Position numbers and translations under genes: made by a program
Shown here: positions 15,001-30,000 of the stretch, in pieces
Numbering within the stretch: the first letter of the stretch is position 1
How the letters are laid out: every line of letters starts with the position of its first letter
Notes under the pieces: model-generated
The model's input: only the letters and a program-made list of their open reading frames with translations
What the model was told of the DNA's origin: nothing
Databases searched by the model: none
Assembly (NCBI GenBank): GCA_964016885.1
Contig: OZ024744.1
Span: 123,628,001-123,692,000, forward strand
Direction: 5' to 3'
DNA length: 64,000 bases
From: Eledone cirrhosa
Taxonomy: Eukaryota

Positions 15001-18000
15001 CTCTCTCACTTCATCCATACACATCACATGTCTATTCCAACACAGTGTCCTTACTACATCTGATTCCTCTTATACCTAGTTTCTCTCTCAGTTCATCCAT
15101 ACACATCCCATGTCGAGACTAACAGTCTCCTCTCCTACATCTGATTCCTCTTATACCTAGTTTCTCTCTGAGGTCATCCATACACATTCCATGTCTCTAC
15201 TAACACAGTCTCCTCTCCTACATCTGATTCCTCTTATACCTAGTTTCTCTCCCAGTTCATCCATACACATCACATATCTATACCAACACAGTCTCCTCCC
15301 CTACAAACTACATCTGATTCCTCTTATATCTAGTTTCTCTCTCAGTTCATCCATACACATCCCATGTCTATACAAACACAGTCGCCTCCCCTACAAACTA
15401 CATCTGATTCCTCGTATACCTAGTTTCTCGCTCAGTTCATCCATACACATCCCATGTCTATACAAACACAGTCTTCTCTCCTACACACTACATCTGATTC
15501 CTGTTATAGATAGTTTCTTTCTTAGTTCATCCATACACATCACATGTCTATACTAACAGTCTCCTCTCCTACATCTGATTCCTCTTATACCTAGTTTCTC
15601 TCTCAGTTCATCCATACACATCCCATGTCTATACTAACAGTCTCCTCTCCTACATCTGATTCCTCTTAAACCTAGTTTCTTTCTCAGTTCATCCATACAC
15701 ATCCCATTTCTATACCAACACAATCACCTCTCCTACATCTGATTCCTCTTATACCTAGTTTCTCTCTCAGTTCATCCATACACATCACATGTCTATACCA
15801 ACACAGTCTCCTCTGCTACATCTGATTCCTCTTATACCTAGTTTCTCTCTCCATCCATACACATCACATGTCTATACAAACAGTCTCCTCTCCTACACAT
15901 TACATCGGATTCTTCTTATACCTAGTTTCTCTCTCAGTTCATCCATACACATCACATGTCTATACAAACAGTCTCCTCTCCTACACACTACATCTGATTC
16001 TTCTCATACCTAGTTTCTCTCTCACTTCATCCATACACATCACATGTCTATACCAACACAGTCTCCTCTCCTACACACTACATCTGATTCCTCTCATACC
16101 TAGTTTCTCTCTCAGTTTATCCATACACATCACATGTCTATACCAACACAGTCTCCTCTCCTACACACTACATCTGATTCCTCTTATACCTAGTTTCTCT
16201 CTCAGTTCATCCATACACATCACATGTCTATACAAACAGTCTCCTCTCCTATACACTACATCTGATTCTTATTATACCTAGTTTCTCTCTCAGTTCATCA
16301 TTACACATCACATGTCTATACCAACACAGTCTCCTCTCCTACACACTACATCTGATTCCTCTTATACCTTGTTTATCTCTGTTCATCACATGTCTATACC
16401 AACACAGTCTCCTCTCCAACACACTACATCTGATTCCTCTGATACCTTGTTTATCTCTGTTCATCACATGTCCATACCAACACAGTCTCCTCTCCTACAC
16501 ACTACATCTGATTCTTATTATACCTAGTTTCTCTCTCAGTTCATCATTACACATCACATGTCTATACCAACACAGTCTCCTCTCCTACACACTACATCTG
16601 ATTCCTCTTATACCTTGTTTATCTCTGCTCATCACATGTCTATACCAACACAGTCTCCTCTCCTACACACTACATCTGATTCCTCTTATACCTTGTTTAT
16701 CTCTGTTCATCACATGTCTTTACCAACACAGTCTCCTCTCCTACACACTACATCTGATTCCTCTTATACCTAGTTTCTCTCTCAGTTCATCACATGTCTA
16801 TACTAACACAGTCACCTCTCCTACACACTACATCTGATTCCTCTTATACCTTGTTTATCTCTGTTCATCACATGTCTATACCAACACAGTCTCCTCTCCT
16901 ACACACTACATCTGATTCTTCTCATACCTAGTTTCTCTCTCACTTCATCCATACACATCTCATGTCTATACCAACACAGTCTCCTCTCCTACACACTACA
17001 TCTGATTCCTCTTATACCTAGGTTCTCTCTCAGTTTATCCATACACATCACATGCCTATACCAACACAGTCTCCTATCCTACACACTACATCTGATTCCT
17101 CTCATACTTAGTTTCTCTCTCAGTTCATCCATACACATCACATGTCTATACCAACACAGTCTCCTCTCCTACACACTACATCTGATTCCTGTTATACATA
17201 GTTTCTTTCTTAGTTCATCCATACACATCCCCTGTCTATACCAACACAGTCTCCTCTCCTACATCTGATTCCTCTTATACCTAGATTCTCTCTCAGTTCA
17301 TCCATACACATTCCATGTCTATACTAACACATTCTCCTCTCCTACATCTGATTCCTCTTAAACCGAGTTTCTCTCTCAGTTCATCACATGTCTCTACTAA
17401 CACAGTCTCCTCTCCTACATCTGATTCCTCTTAAACCTTGTTTCTCTCTCAGTTCATCTATACACATCCCATGTCTATACCCACACAATCACCTCTCCTA
17501 CATCTGATTCCTCTTAAACTTAGTTTCTCTCTCAGTTCATCCATACACATCACATGTCTATACCAACACAGTCTCTTCTCCTACATCTGATTCCTCTTAT
17601 ACCTAGTTTCTCTCTCAGTTCATCCATACACATCCTATGTCTATGCTAACAGTCTCCTCTCCTACATCTGATTCCTCTTATACCTAGTTTCTCTCTCAGT
17701 TCATCCATACACATCCCATGTCTATACTAACATAGTCTCCTCTCCTACATCTGATTCCTCTGATACCTAGTTTCTGTCTCAGTTCATCCATACACATTCC
17801 ATGTCTATACTAACACAGTCTCCTCTCCTACACACTACAACTGATTCCTGTTATACATAGTTTCTCTCTCAGTACATCCATACACATCACATGTCTATAC
17901 CAACACAGTCTCCTCTCCTACACACTACAACTGATTCCTGTTATACATAGTTTCTTTCTTAGTTCATCCATACATATCACATGTCTATACCAACACAGTC

Positions 18001-21000
18001 TCCTCTCCTACATCTGATTCCTCTTATACCTAGTTTCTCTCTCAGTTCATCCATACACATTCCATGTCTATACTAACACAGTCTCCTCTCCTACATCTGA
18101 TTCCTCTTAAACTTAGTTTCTCTCTCAGTTCATCCATACACATCACCTGTCTATACAAACACAGTCTCCTCTCCTACATCTGATTCCTCTTAAACCTAGT
18201 TTCTCTCTCAGTTCATCTATACACATCTCATGTCTATACCCACACAATCACCTCTCCTACATCTGATTCCTCTTAAACCTAGTTTCTCTCTCAGTTCATC
18301 GATATACATCACATGCCTATACCAACACAGTCTCCTCTCCTACATCTGATTCCTCTTATACCTAGTTTCTCTCCCAGTTCATCCATACACATCTCATGCC
18401 TATACCAACAGAGTCTCCTCTCCTACACTCTACATCTGATTCCTCTTATACCTAGTTTCTCTCTTATTTCATCCATACACATCACATGTCTATACCAACA
18501 GAGTCTCCTCTCCTACACACTGTATCTGATTCCTCTTATACCTAGTTTCTATCTCAGTTCATCCATACACATCACATGTCTATACAAACAGTCTCTTCTC
18601 CTACACACTACATCTGATTCTTCTGATACCTAGTTTCTCTCTCAGTTCATCCATACACATCACATGTCTAAACCAACACAGTCTCCTCTCCTACACACTA
18701 CATCTGATTCCTGTTATACATAGTTTCTCTATTAGTTCATCCATACACAACCCATGTCTATACTAACACAGTCTCCTCTCCTACATTTGATTCCTCTTAT
18801 AACTAGTTTCTCTCTCAGTTCATCCATACACATCCCATGTCTATACTAACACAGTCTCCTCTCCTACATCTGATTCCTCTGATACCTAGTTTCTGTCTCA
18901 GTTCATCCATACACATCACATGTCTATACTAACAGTCTCCTCTCCTACATCTGATTCCTCTTATACCTAGTTTCTTTCTCAGTTCATCCATACACATTCC
19001 ATGTCTCTACCAACACAGTCTCCTCTCCTACATCTGATTCCTCTTATACCTAGTTTCTCTCCCAGTTCATCCATACACATCTCATGCCTATACCAACAGA
19101 GTCTACTCTCCTACACACTACATCTGATTCCTCTTATACCTAGTTTCTCTCTTATTTCATCCATACACATCACATGTCTATACAAACAGTCTCCTCTCCT
19201 ACACACTACATCTGATTCTTCTGATACCTAGTTTCTCTCTCAGTTCATCCATACACATCCCATGTCTATACTAACACAGTCTCCTCTCCTACATCTGATT
19301 CCTCTGATACCTAGTTTCTGTCTCAGTTCATCCATACACATTCCATGTCTATACTAACACAGTCTCCTCTCCTACATCTGATTCCTCTTAAACCTAGTTT
19401 CTCTCTCAGTTCATCACATGTCTATATCAACACAGTCTCCTCTCCTACATCTGATTCCTCTTAAACCTTGTTTCTCTCTCGGTTCATCTATACATATCAC
19501 ATGTCTATACGCACACAATCACCTCTCCTACATCTGATTCCTCTTATACCTAGTTTCTCTCTCAGTTCATCCATACACATCACATGGCTATACCAACACA
19601 GTCTCCTCTCCTACACACTACATCTGATTCCTCTTATACCTAGTTTCTCTCTCAGTTCATCCATACACATCACATGTCTATACCAACACAGTCTCCTCTC
19701 ATACACACTACATTTGATTCCTGTTATACATAATTTCTTTCTTAGTTCATCCATACATATCACATGTCTATACCAACACAGTCTCCTCTCCTACATCTGA
19801 TTCCTCTTAAACCTAGTTTTTCTCTCAGTTCATCCATACACATTCCATGTCTATACTAACACAGTCTCCTCTCCTACATCTGATTCCTCTTAAACCTTGT
19901 TTCTCTCTCAGTTCATCTATACACATCCCATGTGTATACCCACACAATCACCTCTCCTACATCTGATTCCTCTTAAACTTAGTTTCTCTCTCAGTTCATC
20001 CATACACATCACATGTCTATACAAACATAGTCTCCTCTCCTACATCTGATTCCTCTTATACCTAGTTTCTCTCTCAGTTCATCCATACACATCACATGTC
20101 TATACCAACACAGTCTCCTCTCCTACACACTACATCTGATTCCTGTTATACATAGTTTCTTTCTTAGTTCATCCATACATATCACATGTCTATACCAACA
20201 CAGTCTCCTCTCCTACATCTGATTCCTCTTATACCTAGTTTCTCTCTCAGTTCATCCATACACATTCCATGTCTATACTAACACAGTCTCCTCTCCTACA
20301 TCTGATTCCTCTTAAACTTAGTTTCTCTCTCAGTTCATCCATACACATCATCTGTCTATACAAACACAGTCTCCTCTCCTACATCTGATTCCTCTTAAAC
20401 CTAGTTTCTCTCTCAGTTTATCTATACACATCTCATGTCTATACCCACACAATCACCTCTCCTACATCTGATTCCTCTTAAACCTAGTTTCTCTCTCAGT
20501 TCATCTATACACATCTCATGTCTATACCCACACAATCACCTCTCCTACATCTGATTCATCTTAAACCTAGTTTCTCTCTCAGTTCATCGATACACATCAC
20601 ATCCCTATACCAACACAGTCTCCTCTCCTACATCTGATTCCTCTGATACCTAGTTTCTCTCTCAGTTCATCCATACACATTCCATGTCTATACTAACACA
20701 GTCTCCTCTCCTACATCTGATTCCTCTTAAACCTAGTTTCTCTCTCAGTTCATCACATGTCTATACGCACACAATCACCTCTCCTACATCTGATTCCTCT
20801 TATACCTAGTTTCTCTCTCAGTTCATCCATACACATCACATGGCTATACCAACACAGTCTCCTCTCCTACACACTACATCTGATTCCTTTTATACCTAGT
20901 TTCTCTCTCAGTTCATCCATACACATCACATGTCTATACCAACACAGTCTCCTCTCATACACACTACATCTGATTCCTTTTATACCTAGTTTCTCTCTCA

Positions 21001-24000
21001 GTTCATCCATACACATTCCATGTCTATACCAACACAGTCTCCTCTCCTACATCTGATACCTCTTAAACCTATTTTCTCTCCCAGTTCATCCATACACATC
21101 TCATGCCTATACAAACACAGTCTCCTCTCCTACATCTGATTCCTCTTATACCTAGTTTCTCTCTCAGTTCACCCATACACATCACATGTCTATAGCAACA
21201 CAGTCTCCTCTCCTACACACTACATCTGATTCCTGTTATACATAGTTTCTTTCTTAGTTCATCCATACATATCACATGTCTATACCAACACAGTCTCCTC
21301 TCCTACATCTGATTCCTCTTATACCTAGTTTCTCTCTCAGTTCATCCATACACATTCCATGTCTATACTAACACAGTCTCCTCTCCTACATCTGATTCCT
21401 CTTAAACCTAGTTTCTCTCTCAGTTCATCCATACACATCCCATGTCTATACCAACACAGTCTCCTCTCCTACACACTATATCTGATTCCTCTCTTACCTA
21501 GTTTCCCTCTTATTTCATCCATACACATCACATGTCTATACAAACAGTCTCCTCTCCTACACACTACATCTGATTCTTCTGATACCTAGTTTCTCTCTCA
21601 GTTCATCCATACACATCACATGTCTAAACCAACACAGTCTCCTCTCCTACACACTACATCTGATTCCTGTTATACATAGTTTCTCTATTAGTTCATCCAT
21701 ACACAACCCATGTCTATACTAACACAGTCTCCTCTCCTACATCTGATTCCTCTTATAACTAGTTTCTCTCTCAGTTCATCCATACACATCCCATGTGTAT
21801 ACTAACACAGTCTCCTACACCTGATTCCTCTGATACCTAGTTTCTGTCTCAGTTCATCCATACACATTCCATGTCTATACTAACACAGTCTCCTCTCCTA
21901 CATCTGATTCCTCTTAAACCTAGTTTCTCTCTCAGTTCATCTATACATATCACATGTCTATACGCATACAATCACCTCTCCTACATCTGATTCCTCTTAT
22001 ACCTAGTTTCTCTCTCAGTTCATCCATACACATCACATGTCTATACCAACACAGTCTCCTCTCATACACACTACATTTGATTCCTGTTATACATAATTTC
22101 TTTCTTAGTTCATCCATACATATCACATGTCTATACCAACACAGTCTCCTCTCCTACATCTGATTCCTCTTAAACCTAGTTTTTCTCTCAGTTCATCCAT
22201 ACACATTCCATGTCTATACTAACACAGTCTCCTCTCCTACATCTGATTCCTCTTAAACCTTGTTTCTCTCTCAGTTCATCTATACACATCCCATGTGTAT
22301 ACCCACACAATCACCTCTCCTACATCTGATTCCTCTTAAACTTAGTTTCTCTCTCAGTTCATCCATACACATCACATGTCTATACAAACATAGTCTCCTC
22401 TCCTACATCTGATTCCTCTTATACCTAGTTTCTCTCTCAGTTCATCCATACACATCACATGTCTATACCAACACAGTCTCCTCTCCTACACACTACATCT
22501 GATTCCTGTTATACATAGTTTCTTTCTTAGTTCATCCATACATATCACATGTCTATACCAACACAGTCTCCTCTCCTACATCTGATTCCTCTTATACCTA
22601 GTTTCTCTCTCAGTTCATCCATACACATTCCATGTCTATACTAACACAGTCTCCTCTCCTACATCTGATTCCTCTTAAACTTAGTTTCTCTCTCAGTTCA
22701 TCCATACACATCACCTGTCTATACAAACACAGTCTCCTCTCCTACATCTGATTCCTCTTAAACCTAGTTTCTCTCTCAGTTTATCTATACACATCTCATG
22801 TCTATACCCACACAATCACCTCTCCTACATCTGATTCCTCTTAAACCTAGTTTCTCTCTCAGTTCATCTATACACATCTCATGTCTATACCCACACAATC
22901 ACCTCTCCTACATCTGATTCATCTTAAACCTAGTTTCTCTCTCAGTTCATCGATACACATCACATCCCTATACCAACACAGTCTCCTCTCCTACATCTGA
23001 TTCCTCTGATACCTAGTTTCTCTCTCAGTTCATCCATACACATTCCATGTCTATACTAACACAGTCTCCTCTCCTACATCTGATTCCTCTTAAACCTAGT
23101 TTCTCTCTCAGTTCATCACATGTCTATACGCACACAATCACCTCTCCTACATCTGATTCCTCTTATACCTAGTTTCTCTCTCAGTTCATCCATACACATC
23201 ACATGGCTATACCAACACAGTCTCCTCTCCTACACACTACATCTGATTCCTTTTATACCTAGTTTCTCTCTCAGTTCATCCATACACATCACATGTCTAT
23301 ACCAACACAGTCTCCTCTCCTACATCTGATACCTCTTAAACCTATTTTCTCTCCCAGTTCATCCATACACATCTCATGCCTATACAAACACAGTCTCCTC
23401 TCCTACATCTGATTCCTCTTATACCTAGTTTCTCTCTCAGTTCACCCATACACATCACATGTCTATAGCAACACAGTCTCCTCTCCTACACACTACATCT
23501 GATTCCTGTTATACATAGTTTCTTTCTTAGTTCATCCATACATATCACATGTCTATACCAACACAGTCTCCTCTCCTACATCTGATTCCTCTTATACCTA
23601 GTTTCTCTCTCAGTTCATCCATACACATTCCATGTCTATACTAACACAGTCTCCTCTCCTACATCTGATTGCTCTTAAACCTAGTTTCTCTCTCAGTTCA
23701 TCCATACACATCCCATGTCTATACCAACACAGTCTCCTCTCCTACACACTATATCTGATTCCTCTCTTACCTAGTTTCCCTCTTATTTCATCCATACACA
23801 TCACATGTCTATACAAACAGTCTCCTCTCCTACACACTACATCTGATTCTTCTGATACCTAGTTTCTCTCTCAGTTCATCCATACACATCACATGTCTAA
23901 ACCAACACAGTCTCCTCTCCTACACACTACATCTGATTCCTCTTATAACTAGTTTCTCTCTCAGTTCATCCATACACATCCCATGTGTATACTAACACAG

Positions 24001-27000
24001 TCTCCTACACCTGATTCCTCTGATACCTAGTTTCTGTCTCAGTTCATCCATACACATTCCATGTCTATACTAACACAGTCTCCTCTCCTACATCTGATTC
24101 CTCTTAAACCTAGTTTCTCTCTCAGTTCATCCATACACATCACATGGCTATACCAACGCAGTCTCCTCTCCTACACACTACATCTGATTCCTCTTATACC
24201 TAGTTTCTCTCTCAGTTCATCCATACACATCACATGTCTATACCAACACAGTCTCCTCTCATACACACTACATTTGATTCCTGTTATACATAATTTCTTT
24301 CTTAGTTCATCCATACATATCACATGTCTATACCAACACAGTCTCCTCTCCTACATCTGATTCCTCTTAAACCTAGTTTCTCTCTCAGTTCATCCATACA
24401 CATTCCATGTCTATACTAACACAGTCTCCTCTCCTACATCTGATTCCTCTTAAACCTTGTTTCTCTCTCAGTTCATCTATACACATCCCATGTCTATACC
24501 CACACAATCACCTCTCCTACATCTGATTCCTCTTAAACTTAGTTTCTCTCTCAGTTCATCCATACACATCATATGTCTATACAAACACAGTCTCCTCTCC
24601 TACATCTGATTCCTCTTATACCTAGTTTCTCTCTCAGTTCATCCATACATATCACATGTCTATACCAACACAGTCTCCTCTCCTACACACTACATCTGAT
24701 TCCTCTTATACCTAGTTTCTCTCTCAGTTCATCCATACACATCACATGTCTATACCAACACAGTCTCCTCTCCTACACACTACATCTGATTCCTGTTATA
24801 CATAGTTTCTTTCTTAGTTCATCCATACATATCACATGTCTATACCAACACAGTCTCCTCTCCTACATCTGATTCCTCTTATACCTAGTTTCTCTCTCAG
24901 TTCATCCATACACATTCCATGTCTATACTAACACAGTCTCCTCTCCTACATCTGATTCCTCTTAAACTTAGTTTCTCTCTCAGTTCATCCATACACATCA
25001 CCTGTCTATACAAACACAGTCTCCTCTCCTACATCTGATTCCTCTTTAACCTAGTTTCTCTCTCAGTTCATCTATACACATCTCATGTCTATACCAACAC
25101 AGTCTCCTCTCCTACATCTGATTCCTCTTATACCTAGTTTCTCTCCCAGTTCATCCATACACATCTCATGCCTATACCAACAGAGTCTCCTCTCCTACAC
25201 ACTACATCTGATTCCTCTTATACCTAGTTTCTCTCTTATTTCATCCATACACATCACATGTCTATACAAACAGTCTCCTCTCCTACACACTACATCTGAT
25301 TCTTCTGATACCTAGTTTCTCTCTCAGTTCATCCATACACATCACATGTCTAAACCAACACAGTCTCCTCTCCTACACACTACATCTGATTCCTGTTATA
25401 CATAGTTTCTCTCTCAGTTCATCCATACACATCCCATGTCTATACTAACACCGTCTCCTCTCCTACATCTGATTCCTCTGATACCTAGTTTCTGTCTCAG
25501 TTCATCCATACACATTCCATGTCTATACTAACACAGTCTCCTCTCCTACATCTGATTCCTCTTAAACCTAGTTTCTCTCTCAGTTCATCTATACATATCA
25601 CATGTCTATACGCACACAATCACCTCTCCTACATCTGATTCCTCTTATACCTAGTTTCTCTTTCAGTTCATCCATACACATCATATGGCTATACCAACAC
25701 AGTCTCCTCTCCTACACACTACATCTGATTCCTCTTATACCTAGTTTCTCTCTCAGTTCATCCATACACATCACATGTCTATACCAACACAGTCTCCTCT
25801 CATACACACTACATTTGATTCCTGTTATACATAATTTCTTTCTTAGTTTATCCATACATATCACATGTCTATACCAACACAGTCTCCTCTCCTACATCTG
25901 ATTCCTCTTAAACCTAGTTTCTCTCTCAGTTCATCCATACACATTCCATGTCTATACTAACACAGTCTCCTCTCCTACATCTGATTCCTCTTAAACCTAG
26001 TTTCTCTCTCAGTTCATCTATACACATCTCATGTCTATACCCACACAATCACCTCCCCTACATCTGATTCCTCTTATACCTAGTTTCTCTCTCAGTTCAT
26101 CGATACACATCACATGTCTATACCAACACAGTCTCCTCTCCTACATCTGATTCCTCTTATACTTAGTTTCTCTCCCAGTTCATCCATGCACATCACATGC
26201 CTATACCAACACAGTCTCCTCTCCTACATCTTATTCCTCTTATACCTTGTTTCTCTCCCAGTTCATCCATACACATCTCATGCCTATACCAACAAAGTCT
26301 CCTCTCCTACACACTACATCTGATTCCTCTTATACCTAGTTTCTCTCTTATTTCATCTATACACATCACATGTCTATACAAACAGTCTCCTCTCCTACAC
26401 ACTACATCTGATTCTTCTTATACCTAGTTTCTCTCTCAGTTCATCCATACACATCACATGTCTAAAGCAACACACTCTGCTCTCCTACACACTACATCTG
26501 ATTCCTCTTATACTTAGTTTCTCTCTCAGTTCATCCATACACATCACATGTCTATACCAACACAGTCTCCTCTCCTACACACTACATCTGATTCCTGTCA
26601 TACATAGTTTCTTTCTTAGTTCATCCATACACAACCCATGTCTATACTAACAGTCTCATCTCCTACATCTGATTCCTCTTAAACTTAGTTTCTCTCTCAG
26701 TTCATCCATACACATCACATGTCTATACAAACACAGTCTCCTCTCCTACATCTGATTCCTCTTATACCTCGTTTCTCTCTCAGTTCATCTATACATGTCC
26801 CATGTCTATACCCACACAATCACCTCTCCTACATCTGATTCCTCTTATAAATAGTTTCTCTCTCAGTTCATCCATACACATCACATGTCTATACCAACAC
26901 AGTCTCCTCTCCTACACACTACATCTGATTCCTCTCATACCTAGTTTCTATCTCAGTTCATCCATACACATCACATGTCTATACCAACACAGTCTCCTCT

Positions 27001-30000
27001 TCTACGCACTATATCTGATTCCTGTTATACATAGTTTCTTTCTTAGTTCATCCATACACATCCCATGTCTATACTAACAGTCTCCTCTCCTACATCTGAT
27101 TCCTCTTATACCTAGTTTCTGTCTCAGTTCATCGATACACATTCCATGTCTATACTAACACAGTCTCCTCTCCTACATCTGATTCCTCTTAAACCCAGTT
27201 TCTCTCTCAGTTCATCCATACACATCACATGTCTATGCAAACACAGTCTCCTCTCCTACATCTGATTCCTCTTAAACCTAGTTTCTCAGTCAGTTCATCC
27301 ATACACATCACATGTCTATACCAACACAGTCTCCTCTCCTACACACTACATCTGATTCCTCTTATACCTAGTTTCTCTCTCCAACCATACACATCACATG
27401 TCTATACCAACACAGTCTCCTCTCCTACATCTGATTCCTCTTATACCTAATTTCTCTCCCAGTTCATCCATACACATCACATGCCTATACCAACACAGTC
27501 TCCTCTCCTGCACGCTACATCTGATTCCTCCTATACCTAGTTTCTCTCTCAGTTCATCCATATACATCACATGTCTAAACAAACAGTCTCATCTCCTACA
27601 CACTACATCTGATTCTTCATATACCTAGCTTCTCTCTCTGTTCATCACATGTCTATACTAACACGGTCACCTCTTATACCTAGTTTCTCTCTCAGTTCAT
27701 CACATATCCATATCAACACAGTCTCCTCTCCTACATCTGATTCCTCTTATACCTAGTTTCTCTCTCAGTTCATCCATACACATCACATGTCTATACCAAC
27801 ACAGTCTCCTCTCCTACACACTACATCTGATTCCTGTCATACATAGTTTCTTTCTTAGTTCATCCATACACATCACATGTTTATATCAACACAATCTCCT
27901 CTCCTACATCTGATTCCTCTTATACCTAGTTTCTCTCTCAGTTCATCCATACACATCCTATGTCTATACTAACAGTCTCCTCTCCTACATCTGATTCCTC
28001 TTATACCTAGTTTCTCTCTCAGTTCATCCATACACGTCCCATGTCTATACCAACACAGTCTCCTCTCCTACACACTACATCTGATTCCTCTTATACCTAG
28101 TTTCTCTCTCAGTTCATCACCTGTCTATACTAACACAGTCACCTCTCCTACACACTACGTCTGATTCCTCTTATACCTAGTTTCTCTCTCAGTTCATCCA
28201 TACACATCACATGTCTATACCAACACAGTCTCCTCTCATACACACTACATCTGATTCCTCTCATACCTAGTTTCTTTCTTAGTTCATCCATACACATCCC
28301 CTGTCTATACTAAAACAGTCTCCACTCCTACATCTGATTCCTCTTATACCTAGTTTCTCTCTCAGTTCATCCATACACATCCCATGTTTATACTAACACA
28401 GTCTCCTCTCCTACATCTGATTCCTCTTATACCTAGTTTCTGTCTCAGTTCATCGATACACATTCCATGTCTATACTAACACAGTCTCCTCTCCTACATC
28501 TGATTCCTCTTAAACCCAGTTTCTCTCTCAGTTCATCCATACACATCACATGTCTATACAAACACAGTCACCTTTCCTACATCTGATTCCTCTTAAACCT
28601 AGTTTCTCTCTCAGTTCATCTATACACATCACATGTCTATACCAACACAGTCTCCACTCCTATATCTGATTCCTCTTATACCTAGTTTCTCTCCCAGTTC
28701 ATCCATACACATCACATGCCTATACCAACACAGTCTCCTCTCCTACACACTACATCTGATTCTTCTTATACCTAGTTTCTCTCTCAGTTCATCCATACAC
28801 ATCACATGTCTATACAAACAGTCTCCTTTCCTACACACTACATCTGATTCCTCTTAAACCTTGTTTCTCTCTCAGTTCATCCATACACATCACATGTCTA
28901 TACCCACACAGTCTCCTCTCCTACACACTACATCTGATTCCTCTTATACCTAGTTCTTCTCTCAGTTCATCCATACACATCACATGTCTATACCAACACA
29001 GTCTCTTCTCCTACATCTGATTCCTCTTATACCTAGTTTCTCTCTCAGTTCATCCACGCACATCCCATGTCTATGCTAACAGTCTCCGCTCCTACATCTG
29101 ATTCTTCTTGTACCTAGTTTCTCTCTCAGTTCATCCATACATATCACATGTCTATACAAACAGTCTCCTCTCCTACACACTACATCTGATTCCTGTTATA
29201 CATAGTTTCTTTCTTAGTTCATCCATACACATCCCATGTCTATACTAACACAGTCTCCTCTCCTACATCTGATTCCTCTGATACCTAGTTTCTGTCTCAG
29301 TTCTTCCATACACATTCCATGTCTATACTAACGTTGTCTCCTCTCCTACATCTGATTCCTCTTAAACCTAGTTTCTCTCTCGGTTCATCATTACACATGA
29401 CATGTCTATACTAACACAGTCTCCTCTCCTACATCTGATTCCTCTTAAACCTAGTTTCTCTATCAGTTCATCTATACACATCACATGTCTATACTAACAC
29501 AGTCTCCTCTCCTACATCTGATTCCTCTTAAACCTAGTTTCTCTCTCAGTTCATCCATACACATCAACTGTCTATACAAACACAGTCTCCTCTCCTACAT
29601 CTGATTCCTCTTAAACCTAGTTTCTCTCTCAGTTCATCTATACACATCCCATGTCTATACCGACACAATCACCTCTCCTACATCTGATTCCTCTTATACC
29701 TAGTTTCTCTCTCAGTCCATCCATACACATCACATGTCTATACCAACACAGTCTCCTCTCCTATATCTGATTCCTCTTATACCTAGTTTCTCTCCCAGTT
29801 CATCCATACACATCACATGCCTATACCAACACAGTCTCCTCTCCTACCCACTACATCTGATTCCTCTTATACCTAGTTTCTCTCTCATTTCATCCATAGA
29901 CATCACATGTCTATACAAACAGTCACCTCTCCTACACACTACATCTGATTCTTGTTATACCTAGTTTCTCTCTCAGTTCATCTATACACATCACATGTCT